A stretch of DNA of 63,996 nucleotides, counting the filler, from Octopus bimaculoides (Eukaryota), in NCBI RefSeq assembly GCF_001194135.2. It is 4 parts of 3 records of this genome, joined end to end, with 100 filler letters (N's around TTAATTAATTAA, not from the genome) between each part and the next. Parts side by side here need not be neighbours in the genome. Positions count along the whole stretch, not along the records: positions 31,751 to 42,039 come from NC_068982.1; positions 42,140 to 63,996 come from NC_068982.1; 2 more parts are not named here. One strand, 5' to 3'. The first letter of the stretch is position 1. Each line of letters starts with the position of its first letter. The notes under the pieces are model-generated. The model had not been told where the DNA came from, did no database searches, and worked only from the letters and a program-made list of their open reading frames with translations. Positions 36,623 to 48,039 of this stretch are shown one piece after another. Both the position numbers and the translations under genes were made by a program.

Positions 36623-37978
36623 GACAAGGTCTGTTCTCTACTACGCCCGAACTTGATTATATTTATAACAGCGAGAGAAGATGGCTTCTTTGTATATAAT
36701 GGCGATCGAGGTGTTAGTTTCACTACACTAGCCTCGCACCAGTCGGTTTGTTGAAGGCAAACAGACGAAAATAAAAAAAATGTAGTGAAAAAAACTGAAA
36801 GAACGGTTGGTCTATTACTGGCATTTAGTCACCATTTTAGAAAAGCTATGTGAACTTTTCATGTTGGGCTGCGTGTTTGAATCACGTTGGAGGGTACCAG
36901 TTTGTAAGGACGACCGTGCGAACCCAAAAGGAGAAATGGTGACGAATGGAAAAACAGGGCTCTTTTTATTAAACACGTCACACGGTCGAACACAAAAATA
37001 TATCAAATGATATATATGTATGTTATACTTCGATAACATAGTGAATTCATAAATGGCCAGTAAGGAAGACGATAGAACACAACCAATAAAGATGACTAAC
37101 TGTAATATTTATTGTAACATTAGAATGTATGTCTGTGTGTGAGTGTAAATGTGACATAATGAAACATAATAAAAGACAGGCCGTCGTGTAAAGATAAGAG
37201 TGTGTAAGTGATACATGCATGTGTATGCGTGAGATACAGCAGATAGAAAAAGAGTCAGTAACACATATAAGAATTTGCCAGTTCTTTGAGTACACAATAG
37301 TAACAGTCTGTATGTAAGAAGTTGAGGTGTGTGTGGCAGAGCGATCACTCGTTGTGATGTTAGGGCTTCCATGCCGAGCCGGGTTCTGGAATACAGATGT
37401 TTGTCGCAGGCTAGGTTCTTGTCTGTTGTCTATCGTGGCGAAGGTGAATCGCACAAACAGAATCGAAGAGAGATGTGCCGCGGTTGTTTGGTTAGCTGGT
37501 GTACGTAGAAATCATGTTGATGATGTTGGCAATGCTGGTGGCAAATCTTGTAGTTCGTAGTTGAAGTGGTGTTCACGATGGTGGTAGTCGTAGTGTCGTG
37601 TTGACTGGCGGTAGTTGTAGTTGTACGAAGCTGTGATTGTTGTCGCTGGAACTGCTGCTGCTGTGTGGTACACGGAACAGGCCTCTAAGAGATCTGAACC
37701 GAGACGAATTAGCTGGGTATCTAGTAGGCTATTTAAAGCAAAATAGGGGCTCCAGAGAGCATCTGAAAAACACTCCATCACGTGACCTTATTAGGGGCCA
37801 CGGTTGGTCAGTTTGCGTTCTGGCGGGAACGGTACGAGGCAGTTGCCGCTTCAAATAATAATCAGTCAGGTGATGACAAGGAAAGAGAAGTTTTCTACTA
37901 CGCCCGCGCTTGTTTATATTTATAACAGCGGGGAAGATGGCTTCTTTGTATATAATGGCGATAGGTAGTTTCACTACA
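36623..37978 (-). mobile_element. Non-autonomous LTR retrotransposon: 5' LTR 37978-36903, tRNA-Trp PBS, ~170-bp internal region, PPT-like tract, truncated 3' LTR 36727-36623
   Basis: Both LTR copies start TGTAGTGAAACTA and are homologous over ~105 bp. The 5' LTR contains AATAAA and ends ...CCTTACA. PBS TGGTACCCTCCAACGTGATT follows 3 nt later. ACTGGTGCGAGGCTAG directly precedes the second LTR. Confidence 0.75.
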
Positions 37979-38964
37979 CATAACCTCAAAACATTTATCC
38001 TAGAAATATGATATGAAGATAAAGTTGTAAAAATAGGAAGATAATTGAAATCAACTTCAGGCATTAAAAAGACAAAAAGCAGACTAGAGATCAACTCAAT
38101 ACAAGTCAGTTTTCATCTGTGGTGACTGCTATAACAATTGCTCCCATCAAACAGGCCAACATAATTATTTTTGATATGTCAGCACAATGGTGAAAGGAAA
38201 GGAAAAGGAAAGAATTTTCTATTATCCATTAAGATTTGACAAAGAATGACAATGACCAGATATGCAAGAAATATCCACCACAATAAAATGCCATTGTTTC
38301 AGAATTTTATTTAACCCTTTTGTTACCATATTTCTGTTGAAAGTATAATCTTTATTTCAATTAATTTTAGGAATAATGGAGAATATTTCCAATAACTCTG
38401 TTATTATTAAGCTGACCTTTGGAACATAAATTAGAATGAAATTTTTAAAAGAAAATTTTAATTAGATATCATGAAATTTGTATTATAGATGCAAAGGGCA
38501 GTCTTAAATAGATTGGAATCAAAATGGTTAAGTTCTGGTTAACAAAACTGCAAAGTAAACTGAAGCATGCAGAATTATAGTTTCCTACACCAAAATGAAA
38601 TGAAACACCTTCTGAGGAATATGAACTACCAACCTATGGACAAGTAGTGCAATACATTATCCATTCAGTCAACTTCCTTCTCATGGCAATGATTGGATAT
38701 ACTACCACCTACTTTGTTCAACCTCTATCATCAACTCAATTGTATCAACTCAGTTAGTACATATTTTCTGGCTTACAAGTTGACATAATATATGTTGTGT
38801 AAACATTCAAACATTGTCATTATCTTCCCAAATCCTGTTCCTGCATTTCACACGAAATTTTTCTCCAGTCAACTTGGTGTATAAGTCCGACCTACTTTTT
38901 TTGGCTGTAAATTTTGGTCTGAAAAATTTGACTTGTATGCTATAAAATATGGTACATATATATA

Positions 38965-38998
<34 letters not shown>

Positions 38999-39019
38999 AT
39001 ATAAACAAACATCTCTTAC

Positions 39020-39058
39020 CCCTGCAGCAAAACCTAAACTGCCATCAAGAATTTTTCG
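39020..39058 (-). CDS. SLC39A11: Zinc transporter ZIP11, 39-bp coding micro-exon (phase 0-0)
   Basis: TCTTTTTCAG/CGA AAA ATT CTT GAT GGC AGT TTA GGT TTT GCT GCA GGG/GTAAG gives RKILDGSLGFAAG (human RRILDGSLGFAAG). It splices in frame to the 34192 exon. Confidence 0.95.
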
Positions 39059-39450
39059 CTGAAAAAGATATAAAAAAAAATTTTTAAACAATAAATATAG
39101 CAATTAATAATTATCAAACGATCAAAGAAAAAAGAAGAAAAACAATCAAAAGCAATCATTAAACTTTTAAAAATGTAAGAAGACATGACACAAGTTCAAG
39201 AATATTGATTTTTATTTATTTTTTTATTTACTGATGCCACATGGTCTCAGATTTATAGAATGGATAGTTGGGTGTGATGTAATGGTCTCCATTTATATTA
39301 GAGATATGAGAGAAGTGAATTAGTTTCTATTTGGAACTGGGATATGGCTGCAGACTAGACAGGTGAGGTAGGGTAAGATCTCATTTCTTCTGATGAAGCA
39401 AAGAAACCTCAGCATTATTGCGAAGTAGGGAGCAAAACATGTAACATATG

Positions 39451-39641
39451 CAGGGCTGGACTTACGTATGGGCCAATATGGATTTCCAGGTTTGGAGAGG
39501 ACTCCTTTAACTCAGAGAAACCAAAAACTTGGAGTTAAATATTTTAAAAATATATATTTACAGTAAGCTAATAAATACTTTGTAATCTTATTTTACTCGT
39601 CTATTGACTTAGGAACCCGACCAGGTCTAAATCAAGCCCTG
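39451..39641. mobile_element. MITE with 14-bp imperfect TIRs, hAT-like
   Basis: CAGGGCTGGACTTA ... TAAATCAAGCCCTG (2 mismatches). Flanking 8-mers AACATATG and CATATATG match at 6/8. Confidence 0.6.
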
Positions 39642-40014
39642 CATATATGCCTTTCTCTGGGACGTTAGTAAATAGCAAATGGCATCAGCTGGAATTTGCA
39701 CACTGATCATGGATTTTCATTCATAAAAAGATTACCTATTATGGCTTTTTTTTGTTCCTCTCCTCAGAGATTTTAGGTGTAGAGGATACACTGTCTTACA
39801 TAGATACACAACAAAGCACTGGTACATGTTCTTACATTAACAAACATATTTACACACATATACAAACATTTGAACATTTCAAGAAATTTTTATGAAGGAG
39901 TGTGTTTGCTTAATTGACACACAAGCTGTCAACATTTTGACAGCTGACTGAAAGACCTCTTATAGCAAAGTACCAATCTCCCAGTAATTTAATAATAATA
40001 ACAATAATAATAAT

Positions 40015-40461
40015 CCTTTCTACTATAGGTACAAGGCCTGAAATTTGTGGAGAGGAAGAAAGTCAGTCACACTGACCTCAGTATTTAACTGATACTTAAT
40101 TTATCAACCCCCAAAACAATGAAAGGCAAAGTCGACCTCGGTGGAATTTGAACCCAGAACATAAAGATGAGTGAAGTACTGCTAAGCATTTTGCCCAGCA
40201 TGCTAACGATTCTGCCAGCTTGCTGCCTTATACAATAACAATGCTTTCTACTATAGGCACAAGGCCTGAAATTTGTGAGGAGGGAGCAAGTTGATTACAT
40301 CAACCCCCAGTACTTGACTGGTACTTGATTTATCAACCCTGAAAGGGTGAAAAGTAAAGATGACCCCGACGAAATTTGAATTCAGAATGTAAAGATGGAC
40401 GAAATACCATTAAGCATTTTACCAGGCGTGCTAATGATTCTGCCAACTCGCTGCCTTATAC

Positions 40462-40497
<36 letters not shown>

Positions 40498-41060
40498 CTT
40501 TTCTAGTATTAACAGAAGGCTTGAAATTTGTGGGGAGGTGAGTTAGTAGATTTCATTAATCCCAGGGCTCAACTAGAACTTTTTGTAATGACCCCTAAAG
40601 AAGGAAAGGCAAAGTCAGCCTGAGTGACATTTGAGTTAAGAATGTAATACCGGGAGAAATAACACAGAGCATTTTGTTCGGCATGGTAATAATTCTACAC
40701 AAACTTGCACATGGCTTGCAATTTTAGGGGAGTGGGTAAGTTGACTACATCAACCCCAGTGATTGACTGGTACTTTATTTTATCAACCCTCTAAAAATCA
40801 AAAGCAAAATCAATCTCAGCAGAAATGAATTCAGAATGTAAAGTCAGAAAAATGCAGCCAAGGATTTTGTCTGGTATGCTATAAGCTCTGCCGACTTACC
40901 ACCTATTTTAGGCCCCAAGAGAACAATTTTGAGGGTATGATGAAACTATTTCCTCCAGTACTAGAGGGTTAGTTTGTTTTATTGACCCTAAAAGGAGAAA
41001 TGGTAAAATTAACTTTAAAATTTGAAGGTTAGAATTTAGATGAAACAAATAATGGATAAA
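40015..41060 (-). mobile_element. Head-to-tail stack of about 5 family A tRNA-derived SINEs
   Basis: Copies at ~40015-40230, 40242-40458, 40497-40699, 40709-40906 and 40910-41060. All share GAAAGGCAAAGTCGACCTC..GAATTTGAA and TTTATCAACCC-type anchors. The first three copies each end in an AAT/AAC tract. Confidence 0.85.
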
Positions 41061-41276
41061 AGATGCCTACACTGCAAAATTAGATGCCAGAGTGTGTGCA
41101 TTGAAGGAATGGTATTTATATGGGACATTAGACATGTGCATTATATCCAAGTTTTCAACCAATTACCTTGATGTCAAAAGAGCACTACCACTATTGTCGT
41201 CCCACTGCCACCACCACCATTACCACCTTATAATCCTTGTGAATATATGTCTTCATAACATGTGCAGCAGGAATAT

Positions 41277-41327
<51 letters not shown>

Positions 41328-41880
41328 ATACTACTTCAGAATGCAATGAATTATAAAAATTTGTCAACTCTCAAGTTGACCAAAAGAATCTGTATTTCAG
41401 AAATATTTGGCATATTTTCCTGTTACCCAAAATTTGTAGAATGTGTTATTTTGTATTACATTTGATTGTTTCTATTTGGAAATTTAGGAAATTTCCCTCT
41501 AAATATGTATATGCATGTATGTATGTGTGTATGTATATATATATGTGTATAGATGAGTCATGCACAGGAATGAAATAGTAAAACTGCATGTATGCATGTC
41601 AGTTTGTGTGTACACTTATACAGATAAAGGTGTATGGCTGTGTGTTTGAGACAATCATGTCTCAACCATGAGGTTTGAGGATCAGTTCCACTGATGGCAT
41701 GTTGAATAACTGGATTTGGTAGAGGAAAACTGAAAGAAGCCTAGCATATGACCACTGAAAGCATAGAAAGGAGACAGAAAAAGATAATGATGAAGACTAT
41801 ATGCATGCGTGAATGTGTTTGTGTATGTATACATACATATATACATACACATATATACATATGCATACACACATATAGAC

Positions 41881-41955
<75 letters not shown>

Positions 41956-42039
41956 GCATACACACATATAGACACATATATATATATATATATATATACA
42001 TATGCATACACACATATAGACATATATATAGCATCATCA

Positions 42040-42139
42040 NNNNNNNNNNNNNNNNNNNNNNNNNNNNNNNNNNNNNNNNNNNNTTAATTAATTAANNNNN
42101 NNNNNNNNNNNNNNNNNNNNNNNNNNNNNNNNNNNNNNN
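42040..42139. other. Assembly join spacer (44 N + TTAATTAATTAA + 44 N)
   Basis: Same construct as the other two. Confidence 0.95.
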
Positions 42140-43747
42140 ATATATATATATATACCCATATATACAGATGTGTATGTTAGTGTTTTAATGGATATTGATA
42201 TGCATTCGTACATATATGTATATAAGTGTCTTTGTATGTAATGATAGTTCGATGCATAAATGAATAGATATTTAGAATTTGTACGTTAAATTTCATACTG
42301 CAGGCAGCAATTGCGTGCATGTTATAATTGATGCATTATGTAATCCTCCTGATCACACCTCTAGATTCTCAACAAGAACAGATGAGTGTAAAAAGGATAA
42401 TGGTTATGAAATATGAGTTTCTATATTGAGTAGTTACAATCTACGTATATGAAGTCTAATTATCTTAGCGTTTACTGCAAATACTTACGTGTATTGTAAT
42501 TATATCTGCAAATGGATTTCAATATTCAGTAGACTGTAAAATTAAATATGTAAACATACCAATAACTGCTGATGAGAATATGCATGTTGCTTTGATATAT
42601 TGATTATGGATGAATAGTATTTTGTCCGAGGCTGCTTAATTACAACTAACTTTGAAATATATTGATGATGTTTACACAAAAACAATTAATTATTGCGTAT
42701 TCATAATGCTGCACTTCTATCTGACATTTTCGATATGAAGTAATTCTCACACTACTTCTCTCATTCAATATCTTGTTCTATCTGTTTCGCTCTCAAAACA
42801 CTGTCAATCTATCTCTTTTTCTCCCTCCTCCACTCTTTTTATGACTGTGGATTGTTCTGAATGAGCGAGTCACGGTGACCGGTGCGTTGGACTTACAATT
42901 CGATTCTTGCATTAGACGGTTCTTTGTACCTTTGAGAAAGTTCTATTATTTTAATTTGCCTCAAATATGCAGTATTAGCCTGGAGTCGGTGCAACACCCT
43001 TGCACTTTTACAGATATGTCTGGGATATTGTTGGGAGAATGCAAAAGTTGACAGCAACGTTTTTGCCTTCTGACATATACTAAGTTCCTAAAGCTTTTAG
43101 CAACGACGAGTTACATGCTTCCAAGTCCTTACCTACCACTGTTCCCAAGTCAATTTTCGATTGGTACTTATACAAAAAAATTCGATTAATTAATGCAGCA
43201 ATCAACAAACACCCAACTAATGATACTTTCGTTGCATTTTCAGATAGCAAACTATAGTTTGAGGGAAATTTGACTGCTATTTTTGCAGGTTGTTTGAGAG
43301 AATATGCCGAGACCTTCAGGTTGCTTTGAATTGCCATTATCAGAATATTCGGGTAATTATATTTTGTACGGGGATTTATTTAACACTGCTGACCACCCAC
43401 CATCGATTCTCCTTTTGACTTAACTAGGAAGCATTACGTATGAGTTACTAGAAGACTCCAATATCTTAGTTATATTTCTGTGAGGTCTAGTATGCGTTGC
43501 TTTGTATCAAAGACTAATATAAACATTCAATGAATGGATAGATTTGAAGCTATAGTTCTGTTTCGACACGTTTTCTTTCATTAAACAGAATTTGATTCTC
43601 TAGTTGAAGACATTAGAATTCATTACGTTTCTATTTCATTTCAACCATTGAAAATTCATGCAGGAAAGTGCTGTTATTATATTATCTTTTGTTGATACCA
43701 ATGCTTCTGTTGTAGTTATATTTCATGTAAGCATCCTAACTTGAGTC

Positions 43748-43847
<100 letters not shown>

Positions 43848-44556
43848 ACATACATACATATGTATAAAGTAGATCAACAGCTGTCTTTTAACGTTATAAA
43901 ATGGTAACAGAAATAAACAGTTCGCATGTCATAAGTTGTGGCATTGTGCATATTAAATCTGATTCTCAGGTTTTCAATAGAAATACTTAGTGTAAGATGC
44001 AAAGTTCTCTATTCCACTTACTCTCTGTCTTTATCGTATTTCTCAATCACATGAAAAGCTGAGAAATAAACCACTTATTTAGCAAATAACAAAAGCATTT
44101 AACAATTCAACCGAAATGGATACATAGTTGCACGATATGTAGTGGAATAATCAAATAGACAACCATTTTCGTATATTTAAAACACAAGTTCAGACATCTA
44201 ACTATAGACATAAAGTAATGTTGCATCAAATCCACTGAAGCAGAATGACGCTCAACAAGATTAAAAATACCATTTTCAATAAATCAAAGGAAATTCAACG
44301 TTGATAAGTAATGGATGTTTAGCCAATTCATACAGTGACCCAAACATGTTAAACTGCTTTCTAACCTGGCTGGGTCACAGTGAGCTCTGTATATGAGAGA
44401 TGAGTATAGAAAATACTTTGTTGTCCAAATTTATTGACGCATTTCCTTAAATTGTCTCTACGTGAGATTTCGTGTCTCTCAGCCAGTTGGTACCCATCCA
44501 CAAAACAGCACATTTTGGGACGAAGCCTCTATTCTCTTGTTCGACAAGAGACATAC

Positions 44557-45079
44557 AGAAACTATTTCTTTATTTACATTATTTACAATTGACAGATATT
44601 TGTCCTCATCTTGTTTGTTGTTAACACAACGTTTCGGCTGATATAAACTCCAGCCTTGGGGAAATTTTCTTTCATTTCTCGCCGAGTGTTTTCCGTACAC
44701 CTAGGGCAAAGAAACTCATTGTAAGCAAAATATGTATTTAAAAAAAATTAATAAATAAAAAAAATTATTACTTTGCATTAAGTAGAAATTTTGTTTTAAA
44801 AATGAAAATTGAATTATAATTTAACTTTACTTTAACAGAAAAGAAAATGTCAAATAGTACACCAAATTGCTTGTCCAATGGTTATAATGGAAGTTGTCAG
44901 CCTGATGACGAAAAATTTTCAAATGGCAGAATATCTTCCCCGAATACAAACTTGGAAGGTCACTTAAACGGGATTTGTCCCAAATTAAGCCCCCAAAGTT
45001 CACCACCACAACGACCAAAAAATCAAAAATGTAAAAGAACTAAATGGAACTGGGAAGAATATAAAGAAGTAATATACGC

Positions 45080-45169
<90 letters not shown>

Positions 45170-45410
45170 TTTCATTATTATTAATAAATCGAACTCGGAA
45201 TCTTGGGGTTAGTAGCCCTCGCTCTTAACCACTACACCATATGCCCACGGGCTTTTCCCCAAGATACTTGATGAAGGCTGGAGGTTATATCAGCCGAAAC
45301 GTTTTGTTAACAACAAACAAGATGAGGACAAATATCTGTCAGTTGGAAAAGATGTAAATAATGTACATAATTCCTGATCTATTAAATATAGAACTGTAGA
45401 AACTATTTCT
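44557..45410 (+). mobile_element. Chimeric insertion (44570-45397) flanked by the 13-bp direct repeat AGAAACTATTTCT
   Basis: Direct repeat at 44557-44569 and 45398-45410. Inside, in order: inverted pLTR-like copy, ORF start 44847, (TAT)n(TAG)n, minus-strand tRNA-like head (45187-45246) and plus-strand pLTR-like copy (45255-45397). Confidence 0.8.
44847..45082 (+). pseudogene. 5' fragment of a LINE ORF, R4/Dong-like N-terminus, truncated by a microsatellite
   Basis: MSNSTPNC...KCKRTKWNWEEYKEVIYAYY resembles the R.KW..EE...V..YY motif at the start of RLE-clade ORFs (recall, not searched). Confidence 0.5.
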
Positions 45411-47140
45411 ATCACAAAATAAAGACTACGTGTAAGCGTTTAAATGATGGCTACCTTTGAAAAATGTAATCCGAGATTATGTCTGAAAAACAGAGCACGT
45501 CTAATCATAGTTGTGGGTTTCCAAAGTTAACAAGGAATTTTAAAGTGAATTGAGGACATGAAGATAGCGGAATTTAATCTGATTTTAATTATGAATTAGG
45601 TCCATGAACTATGTTAATTTCTTAAATCGTATTTTCGAAATTTTTAATTTTGTGTAATTTATTGATAGATTTATTTGAAAAGAATGTTAGTTACAACTGA
45701 TCTTGGTATGTAATCGTTGCATCTAATTTCGTAGTTGACGCTTAAATTCATATTTCTATGTATATAAATATTTGTGTGTTTGTGTACAATGAACAGTAAG
45801 ATATTCCAAGATGGGAGAAATGAGCTTTAACAAATACAGTCGGAGTTTTTGTTGTATTGGAAGCAGAATGAGCCGTAAAGCTTCGAAAGTTCGTCTTCTG
45901 TTTGTAGGAAAGAGAGACATAAAAATAGTGAGGAATATAGGAATCAAATAGAAAAATAAACAGAAGAATATTAAAATGGTGTTCTGTCGAATGGGTTAAG
46001 AAGGCTGGAAATGGTGGATGTGTAAATGTAGATATAATTGTGCCACTGTATCTGGAATGTGGCATAATAAAAGAGTGACTATGCGTCTTTTAATGTATTT
46101 GCGACTGTAGAAGTATAATGGAATAAGATAATACTAAACGTTGATCTTAGCCAAAAAGCGCAGAAGCAATGGCCTAAGTAAATATGCGTCGTGTGTTGGC
46201 AAATGTGTAATCGTTTCATATGAGTATTAAAGCGTGTCTACGAGGAAGGAAGGGAGTTTATGCATGTACGAGAAAAAGATAGTCGTAAAGCATACAGGAT
46301 AGCAGGATTAGTGATTCACGTGTGAAATATGTATTTGCAGAATTTTGACAAAATTACCTTGAACTACATAAACAAAGACAAAACCCTAATACTAAATGTG
46401 AGAGAGAAATTATAAGCGAAAAAACAAGGCAAAATGCGAGAATTCTGTGAAAACTAGGAAATATTAAAACCAGGGGTTACTATAAACGTAGATCACTAAA
46501 CAGTGGAGAAAGTTCACATAATTTATATCACAAATACACAAAAGCTCACACACACAAACACGCAGAAAAAATGCATATTGGTGTTAGAGGAGCTAATATT
46601 GCTATTAACATCAGTGGATGCAATAGTTTCGGAAGTAGTCAGTGTGGAAGTAGCAGCGATAGTACCGTTGATTTGTGTTACAGCGTTGAAGTTAAAATTC
46701 AACGCAAAGAATGTAGCACTACTAGCAACAGCAGACATATTGCGTAGAATAATTTTCATACAAAACATAAACGAAACTCAGAAAAAATAGCTCAAAAGGC
46801 ATGCATAACCTCACGAGTTTAACACTTAAACTGCACAAGTAATACCTGCCTTTATAAGTAAGCACACGCACTCACACACACACTGAGACAAAAACACACA
46901 TACACACACGCACAAATGCATATATAAAGGCAACATTATATCCAAATTAATGTGGATTATTTCTTAGATACCTGAATACGACGATATACGCCTTCAGGAG
47001 TGTTCTCGTGTAGGGTCATGATGCATGAAAGCACACACACACAGAAATACAAATACACATACTCACATAAACATATGTATATTTCTATAGTCTTCTGAGA
47101 CGGAAATCGTTTGCTAAGGGCATTATATATTTATATATAT

Positions 47141-47197
<57 letters not shown>

Positions 47198-47251
47198 TAA
47201 GATGAAAAACACAAGATTTGTTTTAAAGGATTTAAGAGTATAATAGAACCA

Positions 47252-47616
47252 GGCGGAGGAGTGGCTGTCTGGTAAGTAGCTTGCTTATGAACCACATGGT
47301 TCTGGGTTCAGTCCCACTGCGTGGCATCTTGGACATGTGCCTTCTACTATAGCTTCGGGTCGACCAAAGCATTGTGAGTTGATTTGGTAGACGGAAACTG
47401 AAAGAAGCCCGTCGAATATGTGTGTATATATCTTATGATATAAATATAAACTGTGAGAACGACCCTTAAGGNNNNNNNNNNNNNNNNNNNNNNNNNNNNN
47501 NNNNNNNNNNNNNNNNNNNNNNNNNNNNNNNNNNNNNNNNNNNNNNNNNNNNNNNNNNNNNNNNNNNNNNNNNNNNNNNNNNNNNNNNNNNNNNNNNNNN
47601 NNNNNNNNNNNNNNNN

Positions 47617-47647
<31 letters not shown>

Positions 47648-47850
47648 CTGTGGGTATGTGTTTGTGTGTCTCTGTGTGTGTCCCCAACATCGTTTGCTAG
47701 CCGATGCTGGTGTGTTTACGTCCCAGTAACTTAGCGGTTCGGCAAACGAGACCGATACAATAAATACAAGTCTTACAAAGAATAAGCTCGACTAATGGCG
47801 GTGCTCCAGCTTGGCCACAGTAAAATGACTGAAACAAATGAGTAAAAGAG
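47252..47850 (+). mobile_element. Family B tRNA-derived SINE spanning a gap
   Basis: Collinear with 26791-27196 on both sides of the N run. Confidence 0.85.
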
Positions 47851-48039
47851 TAATAATTGAAGTTAGGACCGGTTTCTCATTTCTCATCAAACAGAGAGCT
47901 GAAAGAGATAAATTGCTAGGGGAGATAACTGTTCACTAATTTATTTTGCAGTTAGGGGGAGGTAAAACTCTAACTTCAATTCTTTGATTTTTTTTGTTCT
48001 CTGTTTTATTCTGGCTTAAATCTTCCATTAGCTGGTGTA

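Noticed and set aside
36781-36787. TGTAGTG/CACTACA that could be an LTR end complementary to the LTR start
   Set aside because: It lies in a poly-A/T tract between PBS and PPT. The PBS position defines the LTR end at 36903 instead.
44901-44915. CTGATGACGAAA within the ORF
   Set aside because: No room for stem II and no GUH/stem I. Coincidental hammerhead-like words.
45187-45246. Possible genuine tRNA gene with ACT anticodon
   Set aside because: Acceptor stem 3' half is missing, it is embedded in a repeat, and a diverged homologue lies at 61366. It is a SINE-type head.
45827-45897. Strong minus-strand acceptor followed by DELSKLYGSFCFQYNKNSDCIC*
   Set aside because: A second frame is equally open, there is no homology, and no upstream exons were found.
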